From Eledone cirrhosa (lineage: Eukaryota), in NCBI GenBank assembly GCA_964016885.1, contig OZ024741.1, forward strand, positions 131,440,001 through 131,504,000: a stretch of 64,000 nucleotides of DNA, written 5' to 3'. The notes under the pieces were generated by a model, which saw nothing but the letters and a program-made list of their open reading frames with translations, did no database searches and had not been told where the DNA came from. This document shows positions 1 to 11,508 of this stretch, piece by piece (the first letter of the stretch is position 1; every line of letters starts with the position of its first letter). Made by a program: the position numbers and the translations under genes.

Positions 1-123
1 CATTGTATCTATGTTTGTTTATATCTCTCAAATGTTTATATCTATCAAATGGGCATGGTTATACGGAACGTATAAGCAGAAAGCTTTTAGCCTTGTCTTG
101 CGAGAAAATTAAGGCTGGTTTGT

Positions 124-320
124 TTGAAGAGTCACCGGGTGGCTATTGCGTGGAATGCTTTTGCTTCTGTTGTGTCTGATTTCCTGGGAAATGGGAAGTC
201 GTCCAATTATGAAGAACTTGCGCAGAACCTATTAACCAGTTTCCGGACACAGGGCTGGAATATGAGTATAAAAGTGCATTTCCTGCACAGTCATCTGGAC
301 TACTTCCCTAAAAATCCTGG
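124..320 (+). pseudogene. DNA-transposon transposase fragment (Sola-like HFLHSHLD family)
   Basis: Translation MSIKVHFLHSHLDYFPKN resembles the MSxKxHFLHSHLDFFPxN motif of invertebrate DNA-transposon transposases. It is truncated by a Penelope-type tail at 330-363. Confidence 0.5.
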
Positions 321-361
321 TTCAAATCGGTATGGTGAACTAACTGTTGTGTAACCACTTC

Positions 362-392
<31 letters not shown>

Positions 393-592
393 GGTAGGTT
401 GAGATGGGGGAAGACAGAGGGTTGTGAGTAGTATGGGCAGAAAGGAGAAAGAAATCTGCCTCTGCTTCTATCTTTACACACGGCACTGGACAGAATTGCT
501 TCCACATCATTCATTCTCATCTCGGGAACAATTTTGAATAGCGCCAGTTCGTAATTTGAACTCCGGAATTTTATATTCTCCGAGTGAAAAGA

Positions 593-679
593 ACCTTCTG
601 ACGAGAGTTTATCTTTTAAATGGAAGGCAACAAGGACTGTCCATTTATTTTTGAGACTCGAAACCGATTCGGTAAAGGT
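593..679 (+). ncRNA. Type I hammerhead ribozyme motif with extended helix II
   Basis: ACCTT-CTGACGA-GAGTTT..TAAATGGA..TCCATTTA..AGACTC-GAAAC-CGATTCG-GTA-AAGGT: canonical core with all three helices pairing. Confidence 0.8.
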
Positions 680-858
680 AACCATAGTGAGTACAGTGAA
701 TTTTTTGAAATTTATTTTGAAACTTTTTCTTATTTGCTAAACCTTGACTATATATGTTCTGGCTCGTTAATTTAATAACTAGCCATTGAACCACATTGGC
801 ATATGGTTGGACAATACATGTGTCCCTGGACGCTTTTTGCGTGTAGGGATATATACTT

Positions 859-933
<75 letters not shown>

Positions 934-937
<4 letters not shown>

Positions 938-1337
938 TAAACGGAATAGAAAATGCTGACAAATTGTTCACAGTGAAAAATAGTTTAATTAGGAATAAGT
1001 GAGAATTAGTAATAGTATTGGTTAGTATTCAGTTTTGGTTTTAAGTTTTACCGGTTGCGTATTTCTAATGCTTTTCAAAAATAATTTTGAGATAGAGCGT
1101 CCGTGATGTTTGCTCAGATCAGAGCAAACATCACGGACGCTCTATCTCAAAATTATTTTTGAAAAGCATTAGAAATGCGTAACCGGTAAAAACTTAAAAC
1201 CAAAACTGAATACTAACCAATACTATTACTAATTCTCACTTATTCCTAATTAAACTATTTTTCACTGTGAACAATTTGTCAGCATTTTCTATTCCGTTTA
1301 CCAATATATCATAACTTGCGTGTTACACCTCTATTCT

Positions 1338-1341
<4 letters not shown>
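934..1341. mobile_element. Fold-back (inverted pLTR-like) Penelope-type relic between (TA)n tracts
   Basis: About 180-bp arms 934-1115 and 1122-1304, nearly perfect; unpaired 3' tail to about 1341; degenerate HHR TTGAAAA-GCAT..ATGC-GTAAC-CG-GTA at 1156-1191. Confidence 0.75.
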
Positions 1342-1398
<57 letters not shown>

Positions 1399-2030
1399 TT
1401 ATTTATTAAAATAACAGATTAAAGTTCAAGCAAATAATCGCGGCTTTCACGCTTAACGGGATCTTCTCATTTATTATTATTAATATATATATATATGCGT
1501 GTGTGTGTGTGTCTGTCTGTGTGTCTGTGTGCTTGTGCATATATAAAGAGAGTGAAAGAGAGTGAGTGTGAGAGAGGAGTGATAGATAGATAGGATGGTG
1601 TTACTGTTTAAAGAGCAATAAATGGGGTTTGGCAAAAGTTATGGCAAATTGCATTGTTATAGTTGTAGCTGTAGTTGTAGCTTTAGTTGTTGTTGTACTT
1701 GTAGTTGTTGCTTTATTTGTAGCTGTTTTTGTTGTGTTCCTGCCTCAATTTATGAGTAAATGACTTTAACAGGGTGTAATTCCTTTCGTGGAGATGTAGG
1801 ACATAAAATAAGGTCATTGAGATGGAAAAGAGTGCGTGCAGGGGTGGAATGTGGGAGGAATAATTACTTTAACCATGTGGAATGAGATCGAGATCGTTAA
1901 CGTTAAGGCGGAGTTTCATAGGATGTGTGTTATTAATCTGTTAGGGCTGGTTAACTTATGATTGAATAGTCAACTAACGAGTATTCTGCTTGTAAATGCA
2001 ACCCGCATCTATCTACACACCATGTCTGTA

Positions 2031-2240
2031 GATTGGCAGTGTTGGTAGAGGGTCGGACGCCACGCTTTGCAGCATAGAGTTACGGCCCTTTATGATCTAA
2101 TTTCAAATCCTCTCCAGGTTAACTTTGCCTTTCATCCTTACGGGGTCGATAAAATAAAGTACAAGTCACGCACTGGGGTCGATATAATCGATTTTCCCCT
2201 CTCCCCAAAATTGCTGGCCTTGTGCTTATATAAGAAACGA
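2031..2240 (+). mobile_element. tRNA-derived SINE family 1 (Nin/Deu-like core)
   Basis: A-box-like TGGCAGTGTTGG, degenerate B box, core GCCTTTCATCCTTACGGGGTCGATAAAATAAAGTAC and tail GGCCTTGTGC; several copies in the window. Confidence 0.75.
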
Positions 2241-2426
2241 ATATCTAACCACTGCATCTACAGAGTCAACATCTACTCAATCTGTTTATCAGTTAACATC
2301 TACATATTGTATCTCAGTTAGTATTCATTGTGTCTATATAAACAGTCAGTATATACATGTGTCTAACTATCTAGTTAACAATTACTCTCTTTCGTTTAAC
2401 ATCTATACAGAACATCTACCAATTAG

Positions 2427-2533
2427 TGTTTACACATAATGTTTACACATAATGTTTACACATAATGTTTACACATAATGTTTACACATAATGTTTACAC
2501 GTAATGTTTACACATAATGTTTACACACAATGT
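2427..2533. repeat. 13-bp tandem repeat (GTTTACACATAAT) x about 8
   Basis: Direct reading. Confidence 0.95.
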
Positions 2534-2612
2534 CAGGTATCATCTGTACATAGTGTCTACCAGTTAATATCTACGCACTATGTCTACGTATACGGAAAAT
2601 AGCAATGCCGGG

Positions 2613-2662
2613 TCTTTATATATAATAAGCAAATCCCGAGCAACGCCGGGCCATTCTGCTAG
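2613..2662 (+). mobile_element. Miniature Helitron-like element
   Basis: 5' TC-TTTATATATAATAA start, GC hairpin CCCG-AGCAACGC-CGGG, then CTAG followed by T. Confidence 0.55.
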
Positions 2663-2742
2663 TATATAATAAAATACCTACACATTGTCTATTAATAGTG
2701 AAAGTAGTCAGGGAATCAAGAAAATTAACTGAAAATCGGTGT

Positions 2743-3617
2743 TGTAAGTGTATCTACCAGTGTATGTTTATCTATCTACCAGTGTATGTATATCTATCTA
2801 CCAGTATGTATATCTATCTACCAGTGTATGTTTATCTATCTACCAGTGCATGTATATCTATCTACCAGTATGTATATCTATCTACCAGTAGGTATATCTA
2901 TCTACCAGCGTATGTATATCTATCTACCAGTGTATGTCAGTGTTTCTGCCAGTGTATGTATATCTATCTACCAGTGTATGTATATATATGTACCAGTATG
3001 AATATCTATCTACCAATGTATGTAAGTGTTTCTACAAGTGTATGTCAGTGTATCTACTAGTGTATGTATATCTATCTACCAGTGTATGTATATCTATCTA
3101 CCAGTATATATATATCTATATCTACCAGTGTATGTTTATCTATCTACCAGTGCATGTATATCTATCTACCAGTATGTATATCTATCTACCAGTGTATATA
3201 TAAAAATATATATATGTATATATCTACCAGTGTATATATATATATCTACTAGTGTATGTATATCTATCTACCAGTGTATGTAAGTGTATCTACCAGTGTG
3301 TATATATATATCTACCATTGTATGTACATCTATCTACCAGTATGTATATCTATCTACCAGTATGTATATCTATCTACCAGCGTATGTATATCTATCTACC
3401 TGTGTATGTATATTTATCTACCAGTTTATGTAAGTGTATTTACCAGTGTATATATATCTATCTACCAGTGTATGTATATCTATCTACCAGTATATGTATA
3501 TCTGTCTACAAGTATGTATATCTATCTACCAGTGTATGTATATCTATCTACCAGTATATATATATATATATCTACCAGTGTATGTATATCTATCTACCAG
3601 TGTATATAAGTGTATCT
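2743..3617. repeat. Minisatellite, about 22-24 bp unit TATCTATCTACCAGTGTATGTA
   Basis: Dozens of degenerate tandem units; all overlapping ORFs are repeat translations. Confidence 0.95.
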
Positions 3618-3618
3618 T

Positions 3619-3989
<371 letters not shown>

Positions 3990-4050
3990 GTCTGGTTTAT
4001 ATATAAGGTCTAGTTTCTGGGATATGTCACTATTTATAAAACAAATTTTG

Positions 4051-4117
4051 TATTTTATCTGATGATGAGAGCGTACCAATGTTGTCTTGGTACCCTTGAA
4101 ATATATATAATAAAATA
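4051..4117 (+). ncRNA. Type I hammerhead motif (AUA cleavage triplet)
   Basis: TATTTTAT-CTGATGA-..GTACCAA/TTGGTAC..-GAAA-TATATAT-A-ATAAAATA; 8-bp helix I; homologous to 31853-31918. Confidence 0.6.
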
Positions 4118-4801
4118 AATTAGGTTTTATAAATATAGTTTCCATTTATTAATATCATTGATATTATACTCCAGGTAATATGTCCTGTGCTTCGAAACTG
4201 TTATAAATAAATTTGTTGAATTCCCAACACATTAAATATCTCTTTGCTTATATATATATATAGAGTATTTACGTATCGAGAGAGCGAAAAGGAGGGAGAG
4301 GTGATACATATAGTTATTTGCCAAATAGCGTATGCAGAAGGTGCTCAATACTAATACCGGCAGTGTTAAATATTAGAGGTGTTAATATCTAGTGGGCGAG
4401 AGAGTTAGCAGAGCGAAAGCACGTGGAAAAGTAAGAAATAGGAGTACAGACTGTTAATACATGTTAATACATGTATTAACGGTCTGTTCTCCTATATATA
4501 TATATATACACTCACAGTTCAAGAGTAAACCAATCTTAAAGAGAGAGATGGAGATAGGAGAGGAGAAGAGAGATTGGTGAATTTGTTAGAAGCCAAAAGG
4601 CATGTGCTCAATGTGCAATATGCAGTGGAAGGCAGCTAGATGGCTGGGTTCATGCAGAGGTTAGGTGCACAGAGCTGGAAATATTCATTAGTTAAGCAAA
4701 ACAAGACCACATATTTCACAAGGAAGACATTATTTAAAGATTGTCAACATAGTTTCAGTTTAATGTAAGGAATGAGGAGTGTAAATATAGTTTAATGTAA
4801 G

Positions 4802-4870
<69 letters not shown>

Positions 4871-5829
4871 GGGAAGAAGACGCACGAGGTGGCGGAAGGT
4901 CATGAAATCGCTCCCGTAAGTTTTGAATTTTTAACATATTTAAATCATTTGTGAAATAACAACTCTTAGTACAAATGCTACGTAAAGCATCCGGCTTGAG
5001 CCCCAACAAATTCGGACCCAAAATATATTGTTATAAGGCTCAAATATTCAAATATTCAACTTTGTATTGTACATTGTATATTCAAAAAAGAAAATGGCTA
5101 TAAATGGAAGAAGAACCGCCCTCCTCTGTCTACGCTATATAGAACAGCCAAACAACACCAGAAACTAGATACAACACCTACCCCATCACCTCTCTGTGTA
5201 CACTAAACACAACAGCCAGATAACGGCAATTTCACCACCACCACTCACTACTGCCATCCTTACCACCACTATCCCATCACCGCCGCCACCACTCCTTCAT
5301 TGCTACCACCACTACAACACCATCACTACAGTAATACGACCACATCACCACCACCACTGCCTCGGTATCGACATCACCACCACCACTGTCTCTGTATCGA
5401 TACCGCCGCTACTGTCTCCCACATCTCCCCGCCGCCACCACTCCTTCAATGCTACCACCACTATTCCCTGTTAACTTGAGAGAGAAAGGGGAAGGTGGCG
5501 GTATCACTAGACAAGGGAGAGGCTAGCAAAAGATATAAATAGATTGACTTAGTGACCTGGCCAAGGCCAAACGTCAATATCAACAACTATGGGACTGCTG
5601 GCTCACCCCTTCCTCACCAACAATATAAAAAGCCCCGGCACCACCACCGACATAGCAAACAACAATAACAGCCAACTACAACAAAAAGTATATTATATTA
5701 TTGTAATGCACTGGGTGATTGCTGGCCTTGTGCCTGGAGTGGAGACAATTATTAATAATTTCATTCTTAAGCCACGCAATGCTCACATTAAGGAACCACT
5801 CATGATAATAACAATTTAAAAAAAAACAA

Positions 5830-8652
5830 CAACAAAAAGAAAACCCCGTGACCAAGAAATACCGGGATGGCGGCCGGCGGGGAATAGCCGTGTCTCTAGG
5901 GGAGAACGACCCCTCTAGTCTTGGTTGACACTCGTTCTAGAAGTGGTAACACGAAATGATTACCCCTTGGCGGATAAGGATAAAACGCGAAAAAATAAAG
6001 TAAATGTCTAATGATAAAATCTCATATCGGATCGGCCGTCAACCGGGTAAAAAAGGGCCGCGTCCCTCAGAGAGGAACCAGACTGGGGTCGAAAAATCAG
6101 CTAATGGTTCAATCTGGGCCGAAGAAAAAGTTCATAACATACGTGCCCCATGGATAGACAGACAAATGAAAGATACAGCTCACCTTGAGGAACAAACATG
6201 GGAAAATATAACAGTTGAACAGTTGCGCTTGGCTCTAAGAAAAACCAGCAAATGGAAATCCCCAGGAAAAGACAAAATACAAAACTTTTGGATAAATGCC
6301 TTCACAGAGTCTCATGAGCTGTTAGCCCAACTTTACAATGAAATAGTTAAGGAGCCAGAAAAGATACCATCATGGCTAGTTAACGGCATTACATTCCTGC
6401 TTCCGAAGAATGATGAGACAAACAATCCCCAAAATTACAGACCAATAACTTGCTTGACCACAATGTATAAAATTTTAACATCAGTCCTAACTGAATACAC
6501 ATATAACCACCTGATAACAAATGACCTATTTCCCATTGAGCAGAAAGGGTGTAAACGAGGCTCATATGGCTGTAAGGATCAGCTTCTGGTTAACAAAATG
6601 ATACTGGAAGATTGTCATAATAGACACAAAAATCTATCGATTGCTTGGATAGATTATAAAAAAGCATTTGATAGTTTGCCACACAGTTGGATTGAAAAAT
6701 GTTTAGAGATTTTCAAAGTATCCCCCGTTGTCAGGAGGTTTTTGTCTTTCAGTATGAAGACATGGAAAACGACACTCCTTTTGAATAGTGAAACAAAATC
6801 ACTGGAAGCTGGAGAAGTTAATATTAATTGTGGAATTTTTCAGGGTGACTCTTTATCACCGCTTTTATTCTGCATCGCACTTATACCATTAAGTAAAATG
6901 CTCAATGAAACAAAACATGGATATAAAGTCTATGACAAAACCATTAATCACCTGTTCTACATGGATGACCTGAAACTATTTGAAAAAAATGATGAACAAT
7001 TGCAAGGGCTATTATCCACTGTGAAGCAGTTAAGTGATGACATTAAAATGGAGTTTGGACTAGAGAAATGCGCCAAAGCAACGTTCACCAGAGGAAAGCT
7101 GCTGAAAAGTTCAGACATTAATCTTGATCGAGGGAATGTGATAAGAGAACTTGATCAAGAGGAAACTTACAAATATCTAGGTGTTTGTGAAGGAGACGGA
7201 ATCAAGCACTCGACAATGAGGGAAAGGATAAGGAAGGAATGTTACCGCAGAGTAAGAGCAATCTTCAGAACGGAATTGAATGCAAGGAATAGGATCGATG
7301 CCATAAACACGCTTGCCATACCAGTAGTAACCTACAGTTACAATGTCATCAACTGGTCAAGCACAGAGATCCGTAGGCTCGATACAAAAATTCGAAAATT
7401 CTTAACCATGCACAGAATGCATCACCCTAAGGCAGATATAGATAGAATATATCTCCCTAGGAAAGAAGAAGGACGTGGGTTAATCCAGTTAGACATTGCA
7501 TTGAAAACTGCAACAATTGGATTATCTACATATCTAAGGGAATCACATGATTGGATGATCAAACTCGTTTTGAAACACGAAAGCATCAAAAGATCATATT
7601 CCATTACAAAAGATGCACAAAGATACAGTAATGGACTACAAATTTCAGAAGTCCCATTTACTGCTGAAATGGAAAACACAGAAAAAGCAAAGCAGGTAAA
7701 AGTAACTGCAAAGAAAGAACTGCTACAGAAACTGGCTAAGAAATGGCAAGAAAAGCCTCTGTATGGAAAATACCCAGAGCGAGCTAACAATCCTGATGTT
7801 GACAAAACTTTAACCCATCAGTGGGTGGCATCCTCTGGACTGAAATCGGAGACTGAAGGACTGATTATATCGGCACAAGATCAGTGTCTGCCAACAAAAA
7901 ATTACCAAGCCAACATAATAAAAAATGGGTGCAGCCCATTATGCCGTGTATGCAAAAAACAACCAGAGACCATTGACCATATAATTTCAATGTGCAGTCC
8001 TATAGCTCCAACCGAATACCTAAACAGGTATGACAGAGCTGCACAATACATACATTGGATAATGTGTAAGCATTTTGACCTGCCCCATCAAAAGAATTGG
8101 TGGGAGCATCAACCACCTCCCATACTTGAAAAAGATCACATCTTAATCTTGTGGAACTTTAGCATCCAAACAGACCGAAAAATAGATGCAAACAGATCTG
8201 ATATAATATTGAAAGACTTTCAAAAGAGGGTATGCCTGCTAATTGATATGTCTGTTCCAATAGACAAGAATGTATCTATAAAAACATTTGAAAAATTGAG
8301 CAAGTATAAGGACCTGGAGATAGAAATTGGAAAAATGTGGAAATTGAGAACTAAAACAATACCAGTGGTTGTAGGCGCTCTGGGAATGATACCTAAGGGG
8401 TCTAATGATTACATATCGCAAATCCCAGGAAACCCGCGTATAGGAGAAATACAAAAGATAGTACAAATGGGAACTGCCCATATACTAAGGAAGATTCTGT
8501 CAATATAAGTACATCACAAGTCTAAACACTAAAGATGCATGTGTGAATATGTATGTTCTTTCTTGAACATGGCGGACCTTGTTGTCTCTTGAGGTCACTG
8601 GTTGTGACTTGGTGATAACTCGTATGAACATAAAGCAAGATAAATGCAACTA
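5830..8652 (+). mobile_element. R4/Dong-like non-LTR retrotransposon, subfamily A, copy 1 (5' UTR retained, internal deletion)
   Basis: GC-rich 5' leader, long ORF, 3' UTR ending in (TAA)n; near-identical to 32538-35367. Confidence 0.9.
6004..8508 (+). CDS. Reverse transcriptase + CCHC zinc knuckle + restriction-like endonuclease (834 aa)
   Basis: KSPGKD, YRPITCL, DYKKAFD, GIFQGDSLSP, YMDD, YKYLG, CRVC..H..C. RHD reads RYD and PD reads SD here, so the RLE is possibly impaired. Confidence 0.9.
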   Translation: MSNDKISYRIGRQPGKKGPRPSERNQTGVEKSANGSIWAEEKVHNIRAPWIDRQMKDTAHLEEQTWENITVEQLRLALRKTSKWKSPGKDKIQNFWINAFTESHELLAQLYNEIVKEPEKIPSWLVNGITFLLPKNDETNNPQNYRPITCLTTMYKILTSVLTEYTYNHLITNDLFPIEQKGCKRGSYGCKDQLLVNKMILEDCHNRHKNLSIAWIDYKKAFDSLPHSWIEKCLEIFKVSPVVRRFLSFSMKTWKTTLLLNSETKSLEAGEVNINCGIFQGDSLSPLLFCIALIPLSKMLNETKHGYKVYDKTINHLFYMDDLKLFEKNDEQLQGLLSTVKQLSDDIKMEFGLEKCAKATFTRGKLLKSSDINLDRGNVIRELDQEETYKYLGVCEGDGIKHSTMRERIRKECYRRVRAIFRTELNARNRIDAINTLAIPVVTYSYNVINWSSTEIRRLDTKIRKFLTMHRMHHPKADIDRIYLPRKEEGRGLIQLDIALKTATIGLSTYLRESHDWMIKLVLKHESIKRSYSITKDAQRYSNGLQISEVPFTAEMENTEKAKQVKVTAKKELLQKLAKKWQEKPLYGKYPERANNPDVDKTLTHQWVASSGLKSETEGLIISAQDQCLPTKNYQANIIKNGCSPLCRVCKKQPETIDHIISMCSPIAPTEYLNRYDRAAQYIHWIMCKHFDLPHQKNWWEHQPPPILEKDHILILWNFSIQTDRKIDANRSDIILKDFQKRVCLLIDMSVPIDKNVSIKTFEKLSKYKDLEIEIGKMWKLRTKTIPVVVGALGMIPKGSNDYISQIPGNPRIGEIQKIVQMGTAHILRKILSI

Positions 8653-8661
8653 TAATAATAA

Positions 8662-9388
8662 TAAGGCTACAGAAGGAATGTTAATGGCTGCGCAGGAGCA
8701 GGCCCTCAAAACGAAGTGGTTGAAACACCATATTTACAAGGAGGGGCTAGCCCACTGTGCAGGATCTGTGGAGAGAGAGAGGAGACTGTGGCTCACATTG
8801 TATCCGAGTGTAAACACCTAGCCCAGACTCACTATAAGGGCTGGAGACATGATGTGATGGGCAGGGTGATCCACTGGCACCTGGGCAAAGTAAACAATTT
8901 ACCACATTCTGATTAGTGGTATGAGCATAAGCCAGAGTCGGTGAAGGTGCTGTGGGATTTTAGGATACAGACGGACAAGAAACTGAAACACAATAGACCT
9001 GACCTGGTGGTTTTGGACAAAGAAAAAAGATCGTGCCTGATTGTGGATGTGGCCTGCCCATTCGACACGAGAGTGCAAGAGCAGGAGAGGGAGAAAATTA
9101 GCCGATACCAGGACTTAAAGTGGGAGGTAAAAAGGATTTGGAACTGCCATGTAGTCAAAATGATCCCGATTGTCATAGGCGCACTAGGGACTATCTCAAA
9201 AAGTTTCCAGGGATGGTTAAAGAAAATTGGCCCCTTCACGCTTTTCGGAACACTTCAAAAGGCATGCTTGCTGGAAACAGCAAGAACCCTCCGATACGTC
9301 CTGAATATCTGAGGCTGCAGGTAGTGGCTTGATATTCATTTCAACAAACTTTCCAGTTAACTAACATCAATGACTGAGACTCAAAGAG
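8662..9388 (+). mobile_element. R4/Dong-like subfamily B, 5'-truncated 3' fragment
   Basis: CRIC..H..C, RHD, NRPDLVV, K..RY motifs in broken frames; lies between TAA tracts. Confidence 0.85.
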
Positions 9389-9418
9389 TAATAACAATAA
9401 TAATAATAATAATAATAA

Positions 9419-9597
9419 TTGTTTCTACTTTTGGCACAAGGCCAGCAATTAATCCAGTGCATTACTGGTACTTTATTTTATCGACCCCGTAAGGATGAAA
9501 GGCAAAGTTAACCTAGGCGGGATTTGAACTCAGAATGGCAAGGGCCGTAACTATGCATCAAAGCATGGCGTCCAACCCTCTACCGATACTGCCAATT
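9419..9597 (-). mobile_element. SINE family 1
   Basis: Reverse complement of the 2031-2240 family; tail abuts (TAA)n. Confidence 0.8.
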
Positions 9598-9598
9598 C

Positions 9599-9946
9599 GT
9601 CCGTTTACAATTGTTTCGCTACTCCATATAATGTTTCTGGATCAAATGATTATAGATCATTATCGATCTAGTTTAGATGAAGATAATTAACTTAGGTAAA
9701 AATGGAGCACTTCTTCAGAACTTCAAAATGGAACATTACATTCATGTAAACATCTTTCTTTACCTTACTTTATATTCCTTATTCCATCGTATCTTTATCA
9801 ATATTTTCATTATCTCTTTTGAAGTTCTGAAGAAATGCTCCATTTTTACCTAAGTTAATTATCTTCATCTGAACCAGATCAATAAGAATCTATAATCTTT
9901 TGATCCAGAAACATTATATGGAGTAAAGAAACAATTGTAAACGGAC
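9599..9946. mobile_element. Fold-back element with an HHR in each arm
   Basis: Arms 9599-9728 and 9817-9946; plus strand GTT-CTGAAGA..GCTCCAT...ATGGAGT..GAAAC-AATT-GTA-AAC at 9824-9942. Confidence 0.75.
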
Positions 9947-9982
9947 ATTATTATTATTATTATTATTATTTCTTACTTAATT

Positions 9983-10168
9983 GGCGGTGGATTGGCAGTA
10001 TTGGTAGAGGGTCGGACGCCATGCTTTCCAGCATAGTTACGTCCCTTTACGATCTGAGTTCAAATGCCGCCGAGGTTGACTTTGCCTTTCATCCATACGG
10101 GGTCGATAAAATAAAGTACCAGTAATGCACTGGGTAATTGTTGGCCTTGTGCCTAAAGTAGAAACAAT
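9983..10168 (+). mobile_element. SINE family 1
   Basis: A box TGGCAGTATTGG, B box GAGTTCAAATGCC, shared core, (ATT)n tail. Confidence 0.8.
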
Positions 10169-10278
10169 TATTATTATTTCTTACATTAAACTGCAACTAT
10201 GTTCACAATTTTTAAATAATGTTTCCCTTGTGAAATTTGTGGTCTTCTTTTGCTTAACTAATGAATATATATATATAT

Positions 10279-11434
10279 CGTTACTGTGAAATTAGGTCTG
10301 CTAGGCCTTCAGGAATTCCGATCAATAACGTGTGTATATATTATCGTGAATGTGTATGCTATATATATATGTTTGTATGTACGTATATATGTATACACAC
10401 ATACACATACACATACACATTTACACACATACATACAAACAAACATACATACATATATAAATATCCATTTATATATAAAAAGTTATGAAACGAAAGGAGC
10501 TGTGTGGTTACTAAAAACAAGGTTTAGGGTGGTGGTTAGGGCGGAACAGGAGGAGAAAGGAAGAAAGGAGTTTCCATCGTCAGCTGTAATTGTTTCCCGA
10601 TCCCATGTTTCGGCGCTGAATCACAGGACATCGGTGTAGTTCGGGTGCGCCCGAGGCCTTTTATTAATCAAAAGGCCAGGTGGAAAAGGAGAGAGAAAGA
10701 GAGATAAAAAATGGAGAGAGAAAAGGAAAGAGAGGGAAATGAGGAAGAACAGGGGGGGGGGCCTAATAAGAAAGGAATAGAAGTAAAAGTGTGCAGATCC
10801 CATCGTGGGAAGATACAGGTGAAAGAAACAGGCAAAAAAGTAACCGTGGAAAAATAGGGAAAGTAAGTTGTGGCCAACCTGGGAGACTTTAGCCTGGGGG
10901 TCAGCTACGACTCAGAGCTGGTATAATCGTGCTGCCTCTCACATAGACAGGAGAAAGTGGGAGACACGGGCAAACAAAAGTGAGGAGGAGAAGGGAAAGG
11001 GAGATAATCCAGAAGGGTATTTTTACGACGGTGGTAAAAACGTGCCGCAAAGATTGCGGACAGAGAGGCCACCACGGCACGTGTAAACATGTCAACAATC
11101 AAAACCGAACGGATGGATAGAGAAAGAGGGAGAGAAAAAAAAAACGAGAGTGAGGAGGAGAAGGGAAGAGAGAAGGGAGGGTCGATGCGAAAGTGTGGAG
11201 GGTACACAGATCGACCAAAGCAGGTAGGGTCACAGCGGTAAATACAAAAAGTTATGAAACATATATATATATATATAACGAAGGAGTTGTGGTAAGGAAC
11301 CAGATGAAGCATGACGCACCAGAGTACTCAATACTTAGGGTAGTAGAGCGAGTAATAGGAAAATGTATGACCCCGACGGCAGAGCTCAAGCCGTTACGAC
11401 GGCTAAGAAATAGCCGTCAAAACGGCCTGAGTTC

Positions 11435-11508
<74 letters not shown>

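Noticed and set aside
2743-3617. Possible CRISPR-like array
   Set aside because: Contiguous degenerate units without unique spacers, no cas genes, eukaryotic context.
5196-5474. Pro/Thr/His-rich ORF
   Set aside because: CAC/CAT low-complexity tract with no recognisable domain.
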